Assembly: GCA_963701295.1 (NCBI GenBank)
Contig: OY969585.1
Span: 288,001 to 352,000 of the forward strand
Length of the DNA: 64,000 nucleotides
From: Ignavibacteriota bacterium
GTDB lineage: Bacteria > Bacteroidota > Ignavibacteria > UBA10030
Direction: 5' to 3'
Part shown: piece after piece, positions 19,861-28,948 of the stretch
Position numbering within the stretch: position 1 is the stretch's first letter
How the letters are laid out: every line of letters begins with the position of its first letter
Notes under the pieces: generated by a model
Seen by the model: only the letters and a program-made list of their open reading frames with translations
Database searches by the model: none
Told to the model about the DNA's origin: nothing
Position numbers and translations under genes: made by a program

Positions 19861-21732
19861 TCAAGTTCGTATCACGTCGAGCTGTTTGAGCAAATTGTAC
19901 AGTTCCATTTCGCGTTGTTGATATGACTTCACCTCAAGTCCTTGTATCTTTGCTTTCTCGAGCAACTGTAAATTTTCTTCTCTCTCTTTTTGAATACTTT
20001 TACGATGGATAGTAACAACAGCGTCCTTCGCAATCCTCATTGGCTCCGCCTCGTCGATTTCCTTCTCCATCTCTTGCCAGCCGCGGCTCAATTCATAATG
20101 GCTCAGCACGAGATCGCTAATAAGGTCTTTGAACTCCGATTCTTGCACTTCATTTATGATCGCGGTTGCATCAATGGTTCCACGTTCGTCATACAAATCC
20201 AGAACAAACTGAGCGAGTCTCCGCATGCGTTCATCGCTGAATTGGACCAATGAGATATTCGAGAGCAAATAGCGAATAACATCGGAATCGCCTTCGAGAA
20301 TCAACTTCAAGATGTCGTGTTCCTCGGGTGGAATTGGTTTCAGCTCAGGTGCGAGAGGTTTATTAGCTTCCGACTGGCGCTGAACGAATGTTGACTTCGG
20401 AATACTGTCTGCTCGCGTAATGCGTTTTTCCTGAACGAGCGTGCGTTCAAGTTCGCGATAGAGCAGACTCTCATAGACCTCATACTTCTCTGCTACATCC
20501 TTTATATAAAAATTGCGCTTTAACTCATCTTTCATTTTAGCAATGGATTGAACGAGCGAACGTACAGCCTGTGTTTTTCCTTCGGTTGTCGTAAATGCTC
20601 CTGATCGCTGAAATTGTTTCGCCTTGAAATCGATGAAAGAAACTGCATTAGCAAGTCGTTCTCTGAATTCAATGCCGCCATGTTTCAACACAAACGAGTC
20701 CGGATCTTCTCCTTCAGGGAGTTCTACAATGCGAACATTCAAGTCGTGTTCAAGCGCAAGGTCGATTCCCCGCACGGTAGCACTGGAACCGGCGGAATCT
20801 GCATCATATATCAGAGTGAGGTTTTTTGAGTAACGCGCGATAAGCTTGAGCTGTGCTTCGGTAAGTGCGGTACCACTTGATGCGACAACATTTTGGATTC
20901 CTGCTTGGTACAGTGAAATTAAATCCGCATATCCTTCCACCATCAATGCATTATCTTCCTGACGAATAAAATCTTTCGAATGAAACAATCCATACAACAC
21001 GCGGCTTTTATCATAGAGGGGAGATTCCGGTGAGTTGATATACTTGCCGGCAATGGCATCATCCTCACGCATCTTGCGTGCGCCAAAACCGATAACGCGT
21101 CCTTGCGTTGAAAGAATCGGAAACATCGCTCGCCCGCGGAAATAATCATACAGTGAACCATCCTCCCGCACACGTGCCAGTCCGACTTTGGCAATATCTT
21201 CTATCTTAAATCCTTCCGCCTGTGCTTTAATCACAAACGCATCCCACGAGTTCATCGCATAACCAAGTCCAAAAGTGCGGATGGTTTCATCTGTAAATCC
21301 ACGCTTGTAGAAATAGTTGAAGCGCTTCTTTACCTTCTTCCGACTCCGTTAAGATTGCGAAAGAAGTGCATTCCTGCAAACCGGCAAACCGCATAATAAT
21401 TTTCAAACTCTGTCTGCTCTTCGGTCACCGGCTTGTTTTCTTCCGGAATGTTAATACCGGACTTTCGAAGCAAGAGATCGAACAGCCTCCACAAACGAAA
21501 TTTTATCCATCTCCATCAGAAATGTAAATATATTTCCGCCTTTGCCGCATCCGAAACAATGATACATTTGCTTCTCGGCACTGACCGTGAACGACGGCGT
21601 CTTTTCCGTGTGAAACGGACACAGTCCAAGATAATTCTTGCCGCGCTTTTTTAGGTGGACATATCCGGAAATGACTTCTACAATGTCTGTGGCATTTCGG
21701 ACTTCATCAATTTTATCATCAGCAATGCGCAT
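19861..21732 (-). CDS. dnaG: DNA primase, interrupted by three +1 indels (probably sequencing errors)
   Basis: zinc ribbon CPFH...CFGC in 21451-21732; [39 protein letters not shown] (TOPRIM) in 19861-21255; the linker is restored by deleting single bases near 21464, 21350 and 21321. Confidence 0.93.
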
Positions 21733-21741
21733 GACAGAAGA

Positions 21742-21770
21742 AATCTACCCAAATATGTGTGTACAAGCAA
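21742..21770 (-). promoter_or_regulatory. sigma70-like promoter directly before dnaG
   Basis: minus strand TTGCTT-17 bp-TAGATT ending 9 bp upstream of the ATG; no SD. Confidence 0.4.
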
Positions 21771-21839
21771 GATTGCGGCAGTGTCTCAGTTTAGTGCGGT
21801 CAGGACTTACGTCTTGACCAATAGTTTATAGAACAAAGT

Positions 21840-21970
21840 ACACCACCCCTTCTAATAGTATGTCCGCGTCGTTATTGAAATACGCTTACGCGTATGGTTT
21901 TTACGCTCCTCCTCATTTGAGGAAGGGAAATCCCGACACGATGCAAAATCGGGTCGGGAAGGGGAGGTGG
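21840..21970. repeat. REP-like nested palindromic element
   Basis: outer caccaccccttc / gaaggggaggtg; inner hairpins tcctca-tt-tgagga and tcccgac...gtcggga. Confidence 0.55.
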
Positions 21971-22060
21971 ACAACTTTAAAGAATATACGGTGCGTAACA
22001 TTAGTTACTAACTTATATTGTGTCATTTCCGGATTTTTGTACAAAAGCATACTGTCCGAA

Positions 22061-22098
22061 AAACAATAAGGCTCAGAACATTCTGAGCCTTATGTTTG
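22061..22098 (-). terminator. intrinsic terminator of the glnA-like gene
   Basis: perfect IR ataaggctcagaa/ttctgagccttat followed by a T-run on the minus strand. Confidence 0.75.
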
Positions 22099-22134
22099 TA
22101 CTTTGTTATTGAACTGAATGAGTTACGGTACAGG

Positions 22135-23484
22135 TTAATACGTCGGAAGATATTTTTCCAATTCCCAGGGAGTCACTTCCAGACGGTAATCTTCCCACTC
22201 TAAGCGCTTTGCACTGATGAACCGTTCGAATATATGTGCTCCTAACGCTTCCCGAATAACGGTGTCTTTTTCAAATTCTGAGATTGCTTCATCAAGCGAG
22301 CCAGGCAATATATACAAGGAGGATTTCTTTTTAGGGTCATTGGAAAGGTAAATATTTTCCTCAGAGGCTTCGGGAACTTCCAATTGACGACGAATACCAT
22401 CTAACCCGGAAGCAAGCATCACAGTAAAGGCAAGATACGGATTGCAACTCGGGTCGGGACAGCGCAATTCAATGCGGGTTGATTCCGGTGTATGGGCACG
22501 CGGAATTCGAATCAATGCAGATTGGTTTATACGCCCCCAGCTAATATTGACCGGTGCTTCATACCCGACGACAAGACGTTTGTAGGAATTCACCAGTGGT
22601 GCAAGCACAGCACACATCCCGCGGGCATGGGCCAGCTGACCAGCCATAAAGTGTTTGGCAATTTTCGATAGGCCATGCGAATCTCCGGGATCTGAAAGTG
22701 CATTCCCGCCATTGGCTTTATAATTAAGCCCTTGATGTACGTGCATACCGCTGCCAGCAAGTCCGCGCAACGGTTTAGGCATGAAGGAAGCATACAAACC
22801 CTTCTGCTGGGCGAGTCGTTTCATTACCACACGGAAGGTAACTGCATCATCTGCAGTCTTTAATGAATTTGCATAACGCAGGTCCATTTCATACTGGCCT
22901 TTTGCAACTTCATGGTGCATTGCTTCAGCTTCAATTCCAAACGCTGAAAGAGTTTCTGCTGCTTGCCGCCAGAGGTCGGTCGCAATCATATCAGTTGGCA
23001 TATCAAAATAACTGGCACTATCATGTGGCTGAGGAGGAATAACCCCGCCTTGCGCATTTGGCTTCAAGAGAAAGAATTCCAACTCCGGCCCTGTATTATA
23101 GACAAACCCCATCTTTTCTGCTTCGCTCATCATCCGCGCCAATACTGCTCTTGGGTCGCCCAAAAAGGGCTGGCCATCCGGAGTATAGACATTACAAATC
23201 AATCGGGCCGTCATTTCATTATCTTTCAACCAGGGAAGGACAGCAAAGGTCGATGTATCCGGGACCAGATACATATCGCTCTCGGCGGTTCGCGCATATC
23301 CTTCGATGCAGGAACCATCAAACCAGATACCATGGCTGAGTGTAGTCTCCAATTCTTTAGTCGGGATGGTAACATTCTTCACAGCCCCGCCGACATCGGT
23401 AAATTGAAGGTCGATGAATTGAATCTTGCGCTCAGCAACCAGCGCCAGAAGTTCTTTATTTGAATATGGGAGGATTGTGGGCAT
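22135..23484 (-). CDS. glnA: type I glutamine synthetase family protein (atypical active-site residues)
   Basis: LQFTD, FDGSCIEG, GPELEFFL, HHEVAKGQYE, FMPKP..AGSGMH, NSYKRL..GYEAP, RIELRCPD..NPYL. Confidence 0.85.
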   Translation of the reverse strand: MPTILPYSNKELLALVAERKIQFIDLQFTDVGGAVKNVTIPTKELETTLSHGIWFDGSCIEGYARTAESDMYLVPDTSTFAVLPWLKDNEMTARLICNVYTPDGQPFLGDPRAVLARMMSEAEKMGFVYNTGPELEFFLLKPNAQGGVIPPQPHDSASYFDMPTDMIATDLWRQAAETLSAFGIEAEAMHHEVAKGQYEMDLRYANSLKTADDAVTFRVVMKRLAQQKGLYASFMPKPLRGLAGSGMHVHQGLNYKANGGNALSDPGDSHGLSKIAKHFMAGQLAHARGMCAVLAPLVNSYKRLVVGYEAPVNISWGRINQSALIRIPRAHTPESTRIELRCPDPSCNPYLAFTVMLASGLDGIRRQLEVPEASEENIYLSNDPKKKSSLYILPGSLDEAISEFEKDTVIREALGAHIFERFISAKRLEWEDYRLEVTPWELEKYLPTY

Positions 23485-24455
23485 TAGCGTATCGCCTGTA
23501 ATAGTAAACCGAGTAGTGCAAGAAATATCAATATTCCCAATCCCGCTGCAACAGAAAGAACAATCGGTGATTTATAGAACGGAACTGGTTTGGATTCTTC
23601 ATACAACTTATCAAGAATGGAAAGATCAACAGACTCTAAATGATCCAGATCGTATAACAATGCCTTCATGTCCGGATACCGATCATTCGGATTTTTCATC
23701 AAGCATTTTGCAACTACTGCGGCAAGCTGCGGAGTGATCTCTGGGCGTTCTTTATCCAGCCGCGGAATCGTTCCATGCATTTGTTGTGCCATCACTGCAA
23801 GATTATTATCTCCGCTAAATGGTGTTCGTCCAGAAAGAAGTTCAAAAAATATAACACCGAGAGCATACAAATCTGTCCGTTTATCGCCACGCTTTCCTTC
23901 CACTTGTTCAGGGGCCATATAATCCGGCGTTCCGGCTGTGCCGCTGAGGTTCGCATAGGTAACTCTGTATGCTCCTTTTGTGAGAGCAAGTCCAAAATCT
24001 AAAATTATCGGCTGCTGGTTATCTGTAAAGAGAATATTTTCCGGCTTCATATCCCGGTGTATAATATTATGGTCATGGCAATGAGCAAGTCCATCCGCAA
24101 TTTTCCGAATGAGCGCAACAGCTTCATCTACAGGCATTGGCGCCGACCGACGGATCAATTCCCGCATCGATTCTCCAGTGACCAATTCCGTGACGAGATA
24201 CGGAGTACTGTTATATTTTCCGGAACCTAATCCTTTTTGGATAGAAGGATGATTTAACGTGTGCATCACTTCCAGTTCTCGTTGAAATCGCTCAAACTGC
24301 GCAGGGTCTCCTATCGTCATTCGATCTGGGACTTTTAACACTACATCCTTTCCGCTGATAAGATCGTACGCGCGGTAAATATCGCTCATTCCACCTTGGG
24401 CTATGTGCCCGCGGATTTGGAAATGGTCAAACTGATCACCTATCTGCAACATCAT
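23484..24455 (-). CDS. Hanks-type Ser/Thr protein kinase with C-terminal TM anchor
   Basis: GGMS loop, VLK, HRDMKPEN, DFG, GTPDYMAPE; C-terminal hydrophobic helix; stop overlaps the GS start (TAATG). Confidence 0.92.
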   Translation of the reverse strand: MMLQIGDQFDHFQIRGHIAQGGMSDIYRAYDLISGKDVVLKVPDRMTIGDPAQFERFQRELEVMHTLNHPSIQKGLGSGKYNSTPYLVTELVTGESMRELIRRSAPMPVDEAVALIRKIADGLAHCHDHNIIHRDMKPENILFTDNQQPIILDFGLALTKGAYRVTYANLSGTAGTPDYMAPEQVEGKRGDKRTDLYALGVIFFELLSGRTPFSGDNNLAVMAQQMHGTIPRLDKERPEITPQLAAVVAKCLMKNPNDRYPDMKALLYDLDHLESVDLSILDKLYEESKPVPFYKSPIVLSVAAGLGILIFLALLGLLLQAIR

Positions 24456-24562
24456 ATTCTTTCTTATTTCCTTGTGCGATTACACCTCGCACAAAAATAT
24501 ACTATTGTTTCTTCTGAAAAGCGAATATCGCTTTTTTCTTCATTTTTCCGATACTTCAATAC

Positions 24563-25390
24563 TTATAAACGACCTCTAAATCGTTTTATGATCTTTGAAA
24601 ACCGTGAGCCATACTTCGTTTGCTGCGCTACTAATTTATGCAGCATAATTGTTACAGCCGAAACATTATCATCACTCCCCCTCTTCATCGCCAGATCGAC
24701 GATCGTCTGGTTTAGCTTTTCTGCTGATACTGCCTTTGAAGCTAACATTCCAAACTCGTCATCGTCGATCACCGACCACACTCCATCCGAACAAAAGATG
24801 AGTATATCGCCATCCTGCACTTGGACTTCAAAGACATCCGGCTGCACAAAGAGATCTAAGCCGAGACATTTGCTGAGCACAGATCGCTGGCTATGGGTCC
24901 GTACTTTTTCTGGTGACAGTACCTTCATCCGCACGAGCTCACCAACACGCGTATGGTCCTTCGTCAGACATGTGGAGGTTTTTCCCCGGATCAAATACAC
25001 GCGACTGTCGCCCACGTGTGCAATGTGGAATGTGTTTTCTTTGAGTAACCCCGCAGTCAACGTCGTTCCCATTCTACCGACGCCAAGTTCTCGCGCTTTC
25101 TGATAGACATTCAGATTTGCACTCTGCACTGCCTTTTTCATTTTTTGGGGGATCGATAATCCATTACTGGAATATACAATTTCAAATAAGGTAACTAATG
25201 CTAATGTGCTCGCCACACCTCCATGAGCATACCCGCCCATGCCATCCGCCACACCAAAGAGATGCCCGTAGGCTGCCGTCAAATCATCGTGCTGATCGAT
25301 AATGCGTACAGAATCCTGATTATCCTGACGCACATTCCCGATATGCGTCAAACAGTGGGATTCTATGTCAGGCAATTCAATATGCGTCAT
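24563..25390 (-). CDS. PP2C-family Ser/Thr phosphatase
   Basis: RQDNQD, VADGMGG, HVGDSR, CSDG, SDDN. Confidence 0.92.
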   Translation of the reverse strand: MTHIELPDIESHCLTHIGNVRQDNQDSVRIIDQHDDLTAAYGHLFGVADGMGGYAHGGVASTLALVTLFEIVYSSNGLSIPQKMKKAVQSANLNVYQKARELGVGRMGTTLTAGLLKENTFHIAHVGDSRVYLIRGKTSTCLTKDHTRVGELVRMKVLSPEKVRTHSQRSVLSKCLGLDLFVQPDVFEVQVQDGDILIFCSDGVWSVIDDDEFGMLASKAVSAEKLNQTIVDLAMKRGSDDNVSAVTIMLHKLVAQQTKYGSRFSKIIKRFRGRL

Positions 25391-25416
25391 GCAGTTTCCA
25401 AAGTTTATAATAACAC

Positions 25417-25446
25417 AGGAAGAAACCGCTTGTACGGCTTCCTCCT
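25417..25446 (-). terminator. hairpin between APC permease and PP2C genes
   Basis: aggaagaaaccg-cttgta-cggcttcctcct imperfect IR; weak U-tract. Confidence 0.4.
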
Positions 25447-25534
25447 CGTGCTTCTTGAATCATTGTCATTCACCAAGTGTTTCTGAGTCCTCTCAGCTTT
25501 CTTATCGACATTAAAGGAAGGGACGAGAAATTCT

Positions 25535-27064
25535 TTATTTCGACACGGGGCTCACCCTGGGAATAATCGCCCTTCCCGATTTTTTGCTGTTCCAGACTAA
25601 ATAAACAATGCTGATCGCTCCCCAGCCTGCGGTGATCCATAATGCCATCTGAGTTGCATCTGCCGAAACTCCGGGCGTCGTTAGTCCAATGACCACAATG
25701 CCAATCAACATTCCAATGTTTCCGATAAGTCCTAAAAATGGAATGACCGCATGTTTAATGCTATGGAATTCCTTTCGCCCGACAAATGTAACGAATGTCA
25801 GGAAACAAATGAGCGCGTAAAGGGCAAACGTTCCTATGTTCGAAGCCAGCGTTACACCGGTCAAAGCTGTAACATTGAGAACTCCAACTGCGCCGATAAT
25901 CGCAGACACGACAACCAGAACCCATACACCCTTATGCGGTGTTGCATGTCTTTCGTGCAACGCACCGAGCAGGCCAGGCATTTCATTATCCTGTGCCATG
26001 GCAAAACTAATGCGCACTGCCGTATTGATGGCCGCGAGAGTGGTGCCCAGAACAGCAAGCCCAACCGTAAATGCGATAACGATCATCAGTGCAAAACCGT
26101 TCCCGCCGAGAAGAGCGTTACCGATCATAATTGTCATATCGCCGATAGGCGCGCCCGATGCGGCGGCAGCGTCTATACCGGTAAGGATCGAACCGTCAGG
26201 GTTTGTGAATGTCAGTTTCTCACATATGGCATAATTTGCTGCAAAATATTCAAGCAAGTATGCGAACAAACCTTGGATGATGAGCGAGAGAATAATCCCT
26301 CGCGGAATATCCCGTTTCGGATTGATCGATTCTCCGGCAAGTGATGTGGACGATTCAAATCCCACCAAAATGAGTATCGCTATAGTGGATTGGAAAAGCA
26401 TCGCCGCTAAGCTATGCGGAAATACTATCGACGATGAAGCAGCATGTATCCATTGTGTCGCATGAAGTGGATTCGTAAACCGAAAAGCAATTGCAAGCGC
26501 ACTGAATCCGATCAATGAAACCAGCTGGATAACGTTGATCACAATTGCGACATTTGTCGAACCGCTGATACCACGAACGGCAATAAAGCCAACGATGACA
26601 GCAAAAATTACAGCAACCAATATTTGATATGAAACGCTAAGATTGATACCGAACTGTCCACAAATATAAGTTACTAAGATAGACATAAAGGCTACCATCA
26701 CACCAGGGTATACCCAGTAGAAGAGATGTGCTGCCCAGCCCGTGAGAAATTTCGAGATCCGCGCAAATTTCTGATGATGGGCTTTGTCACGATCAAGAAA
26801 TGCCCTTTCTGCGAAATAGTATGAGCCTCCCGCTCCTGCTTCGGGATAACGCCGAGCCATTTCGGAGAACGAAATTGCCGTCAAAAATGCCACGATAAGT
26901 GCGGCAACTATTCCGGTCCACATATCGGACGCTCCACCGGTATTTGCTGCTTGGATCTGAAATGTAATCCATAAAAATGCGCCCGGGGCAATGAGCGCCA
27001 TTGCATTAACCGTCACTCCGGTCAAACCGAGAGTTTTTTTCATGCCTGTGTCTGTACTAGCCAT
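25535..27064 (-). CDS. APC-family amino acid/amine permease
   Basis: SD ggaggt; about 12 TMs; SFSEMARRYPEAGAGGSY, GFES, GESINPKRDIPR, RISFAMA, HATP. Confidence 0.88.
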   Translation of the reverse strand: MASTDTGMKKTLGLTGVTVNAMALIAPGAFLWITFQIQAANTGGASDMWTGIVAALIVAFLTAISFSEMARRYPEAGAGGSYYFAERAFLDRDKAHHQKFARISKFLTGWAAHLFYWVYPGVMVAFMSILVTYICGQFGINLSVSYQILVAVIFAVIVGFIAVRGISGSTNVAIVINVIQLVSLIGFSALAIAFRFTNPLHATQWIHAASSSIVFPHSLAAMLFQSTIAILILVGFESSTSLAGESINPKRDIPRGIILSLIIQGLFAYLLEYFAANYAICEKLTFTNPDGSILTGIDAAAASGAPIGDMTIMIGNALLGGNGFALMIVIAFTVGLAVLGTTLAAINTAVRISFAMAQDNEMPGLLGALHERHATPHKGVWVLVVVSAIIGAVGVLNVTALTGVTLASNIGTFALYALICFLTFVTFVGRKEFHSIKHAVIPFLGLIGNIGMLIGIVVIGLTTPGVSADATQMALWITAGWGAISIVYLVWNSKKSGRAIIPRVSPVSK

Positions 27065-27135
27065 TGAATACCTCCATGAATTTAATGATGATACTATTGA
27101 TTTCCTTTTTGTACTTTCAGTGAAAGCCAATCCGA

Positions 27136-27867
27136 CTAAATATTAATATCCAATTGCATCGTAAAGGTGCTCGGGATATCAGCATTGAAAACGTCCCGTG
27201 CAAAGATAACGCTCACGTTTTTTGAGAACGACCATGCAAAGCCGTAGCTCAATGCACCAAAGCTGCTTTTGCTGCCTTGGTAATCGACTGCAAGCCAGAG
27301 ATTCTCGCTAATTTCGGGGATCATTCTGTCCCATGAAAGCAAGACCCCGGAGTTATCAGCTTTACCGGTTGAAAGATCGACCAACAGTTTCTTGTTCCCA
27401 GAAAAGTACCCTACTTCAAGTCGTCCTATGACCGGAAATGTTCTCCCGATTATTCCATAGGCAATATTAAAGTCCGTTACATTTTTTAGAAACCCGAAAT
27501 CAAATCCTCCGACGGCGATCGCGGGGGACCAGTCGACGAGTACTCCCTCCGGAACACCAACCTTCGCATTCACAAGGAATGGCGATAATTGCGGTGTAAA
27601 ATAATCGACGCCGATTTCCGCTTGCACAATGGAATCGGGCAACACTCCGACTGTTAAATTGAGATCCGTCGGGAATGCTGTACCGCTGAATGATTTTCCA
27701 CTTCTAAAATCGTATGCATAATTATCGATGCCAAGATGAAACGATTTATATCCTTGGAAATCCACAGAAGGAATCCAAATAATCGTAGATGGTGTAGCAT
27801 AAGTAAATGAGCTTGACAACACCAAAATCGCAAGTATGACGAGGGCAGCCTTTTGAATTGATTTCAT
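27136..27867 (-). CDS. secreted, probable outer-membrane beta-barrel protein
   Basis: signal peptide ...FTYA/TPST; amphipathic beta-strands; ends TMQLDINI; an in-frame upstream start at 27960 comes from a duplicated leader. Confidence 0.65.
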   Translation of the reverse strand: MKSIQKAALVILAILVLSSSFTYATPSTIIWIPSVDFQGYKSFHLGIDNYAYDFRSGKSFSGTAFPTDLNLTVGVLPDSIVQAEIGVDYFTPQLSPFLVNAKVGVPEGVLVDWSPAIAVGGFDFGFLKNVTDFNIAYGIIGRTFPVIGRLEVGYFSGNKKLLVDLSTGKADNSGVLLSWDRMIPEISENLWLAVDYQGSKSSFGALSYGFAWSFSKNVSVIFARDVFNADIPSTFTMQLDINI

Positions 27868-27970
27868 ATTGTTTCTCTTCTTGTATAAAACATAGATAAA
27901 TGAGCTTGTCATCATGAAGATCGCAACCATTGTAAGTATAGTTTTTTGAATCGATTTCATATTGTTTCTC
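27785..27970. repeat. diverged 93-bp tandem duplication of RBS + signal-peptide region
   Basis: ttttgaatYgatttcatattgtttctc at 27851 and 27944; taaatgagcttg at about 27803 and 27897; MKSIQK...SSF occurs twice. Confidence 0.8.
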
Positions 27971-28204
27971 CTTAATTAGGTTATAAAATATTATTTGCCT
28001 TATTGATTTTAATGAAAAACATGTATTCGTCCGGTTGATAACCGGGATACATCGGCATTGATGATATGGTTCAGCAGGTTGGGCCGCACGAATCCCGGTA
28101 GAAAAACTGATAGCAAAAAATGACACCATAATGGTTAATAAAATCTTCATGAATAACCTTTCCTTATGCGAGTTTGTTGATTTTTTATTTACACTCTTGA
28201 TCCT

Positions 28205-28540
28205 TCAAACGGATTTCCCCGTTCCGTTTGGATAGACCTGGCTGACATCATTGACGGATGAAACATAGATTTTATCGTGTTCCTTTTTCCCTGATTGCCC
28301 ACTTTTTACAATAATCGAAACTGCTTTGGGTACCAAATGTTGCGGAACTATCGCTTCCAACTTGAATCTTATAAGGTACGAGACATCATATTCACTGCCG
28401 CGATAAATCTCTTTATGTTCCTTTTGTTTATCAAAATCACATACCTCTGTTACCGTTATTCCCTGGATTCCAGCACTCGACAGCGCCTCACGAACATCTT
28501 CCAGCTTACCGGGACTGATTATTGCTTCGATTTTTTCCAT
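28205..28540 (-). CDS. P-II family nitrogen regulator, divergent
   Basis: colinear with GlnB/GlnK (KIEAII.P.KL.DV.EAL..AGI.G.TVTEV...YRGSEY) but lacking nucleotide-binding residues. Confidence 0.85.
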   Translation of the reverse strand: MEKIEAIISPGKLEDVREALSSAGIQGITVTEVCDFDKQKEHKEIYRGSEYDVSYLIRFKLEAIVPQHLVPKAVSIIVKSGQSGKKEHDKIYVSSVNDVSQVYPNGTGKSV

Positions 28541-28948
28541 GGTCCACCTAACGAATACTTTATTATATATCGTTGCTTAATGCAACTACCTTAGAATATA
28601 AGGTATAATTATTAATAGTCAATAGTTTGTTAATTAATTTCTTCTAATGACCTTATTATAGTAAACTATTATTTACGAAACATCGGAACTTTTACATGCT
28701 TATTCCTGTTTAGAGTGGGCCGGCAAATCAGCAAACATTTTATTAATTCCACCCGTTAGATAATCCTCGAACAATGTATTTCTTTTGGCTAATATATTAT
28801 GGTATGTGCAAGTCATTTATTTTTCAATGCTTTCCCCTATTCGTCTGTTGCCTTCATTCTTTTCAAAACGTACATTGTAACCAATGAACATTGCTCAACG
28901 TAATTGAGATCGTAAATCCAAATGTATCGCTCAAGTCAATGTGAGGTT

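Noticed and set aside
21255-21470. Programmed frameshifting in dnaG or GGR
   Set aside because: Three separate shifts within about 145 bp with no slippery heptamers; base-doubling error is more parsimonious.
21860-22069. 69-aa ORF in the dnaG-glnA gap
   Set aside because: It runs through a palindromic repeat and has no RBS or recognisable motif.
24396-25103. Long antisense ORFs (also 11258-11710, 18486-19040, 22963-23463, 25751-26344, 55331-55888)
   Set aside because: They are shadows of well-supported genes on the opposite strand, with no motifs or RBS.
28541-28920. Sigma54, GlnR/TnrA or NrpR nitrogen boxes upstream of P-II
   Set aside because: No convincing match found by eye in this AT-rich region.
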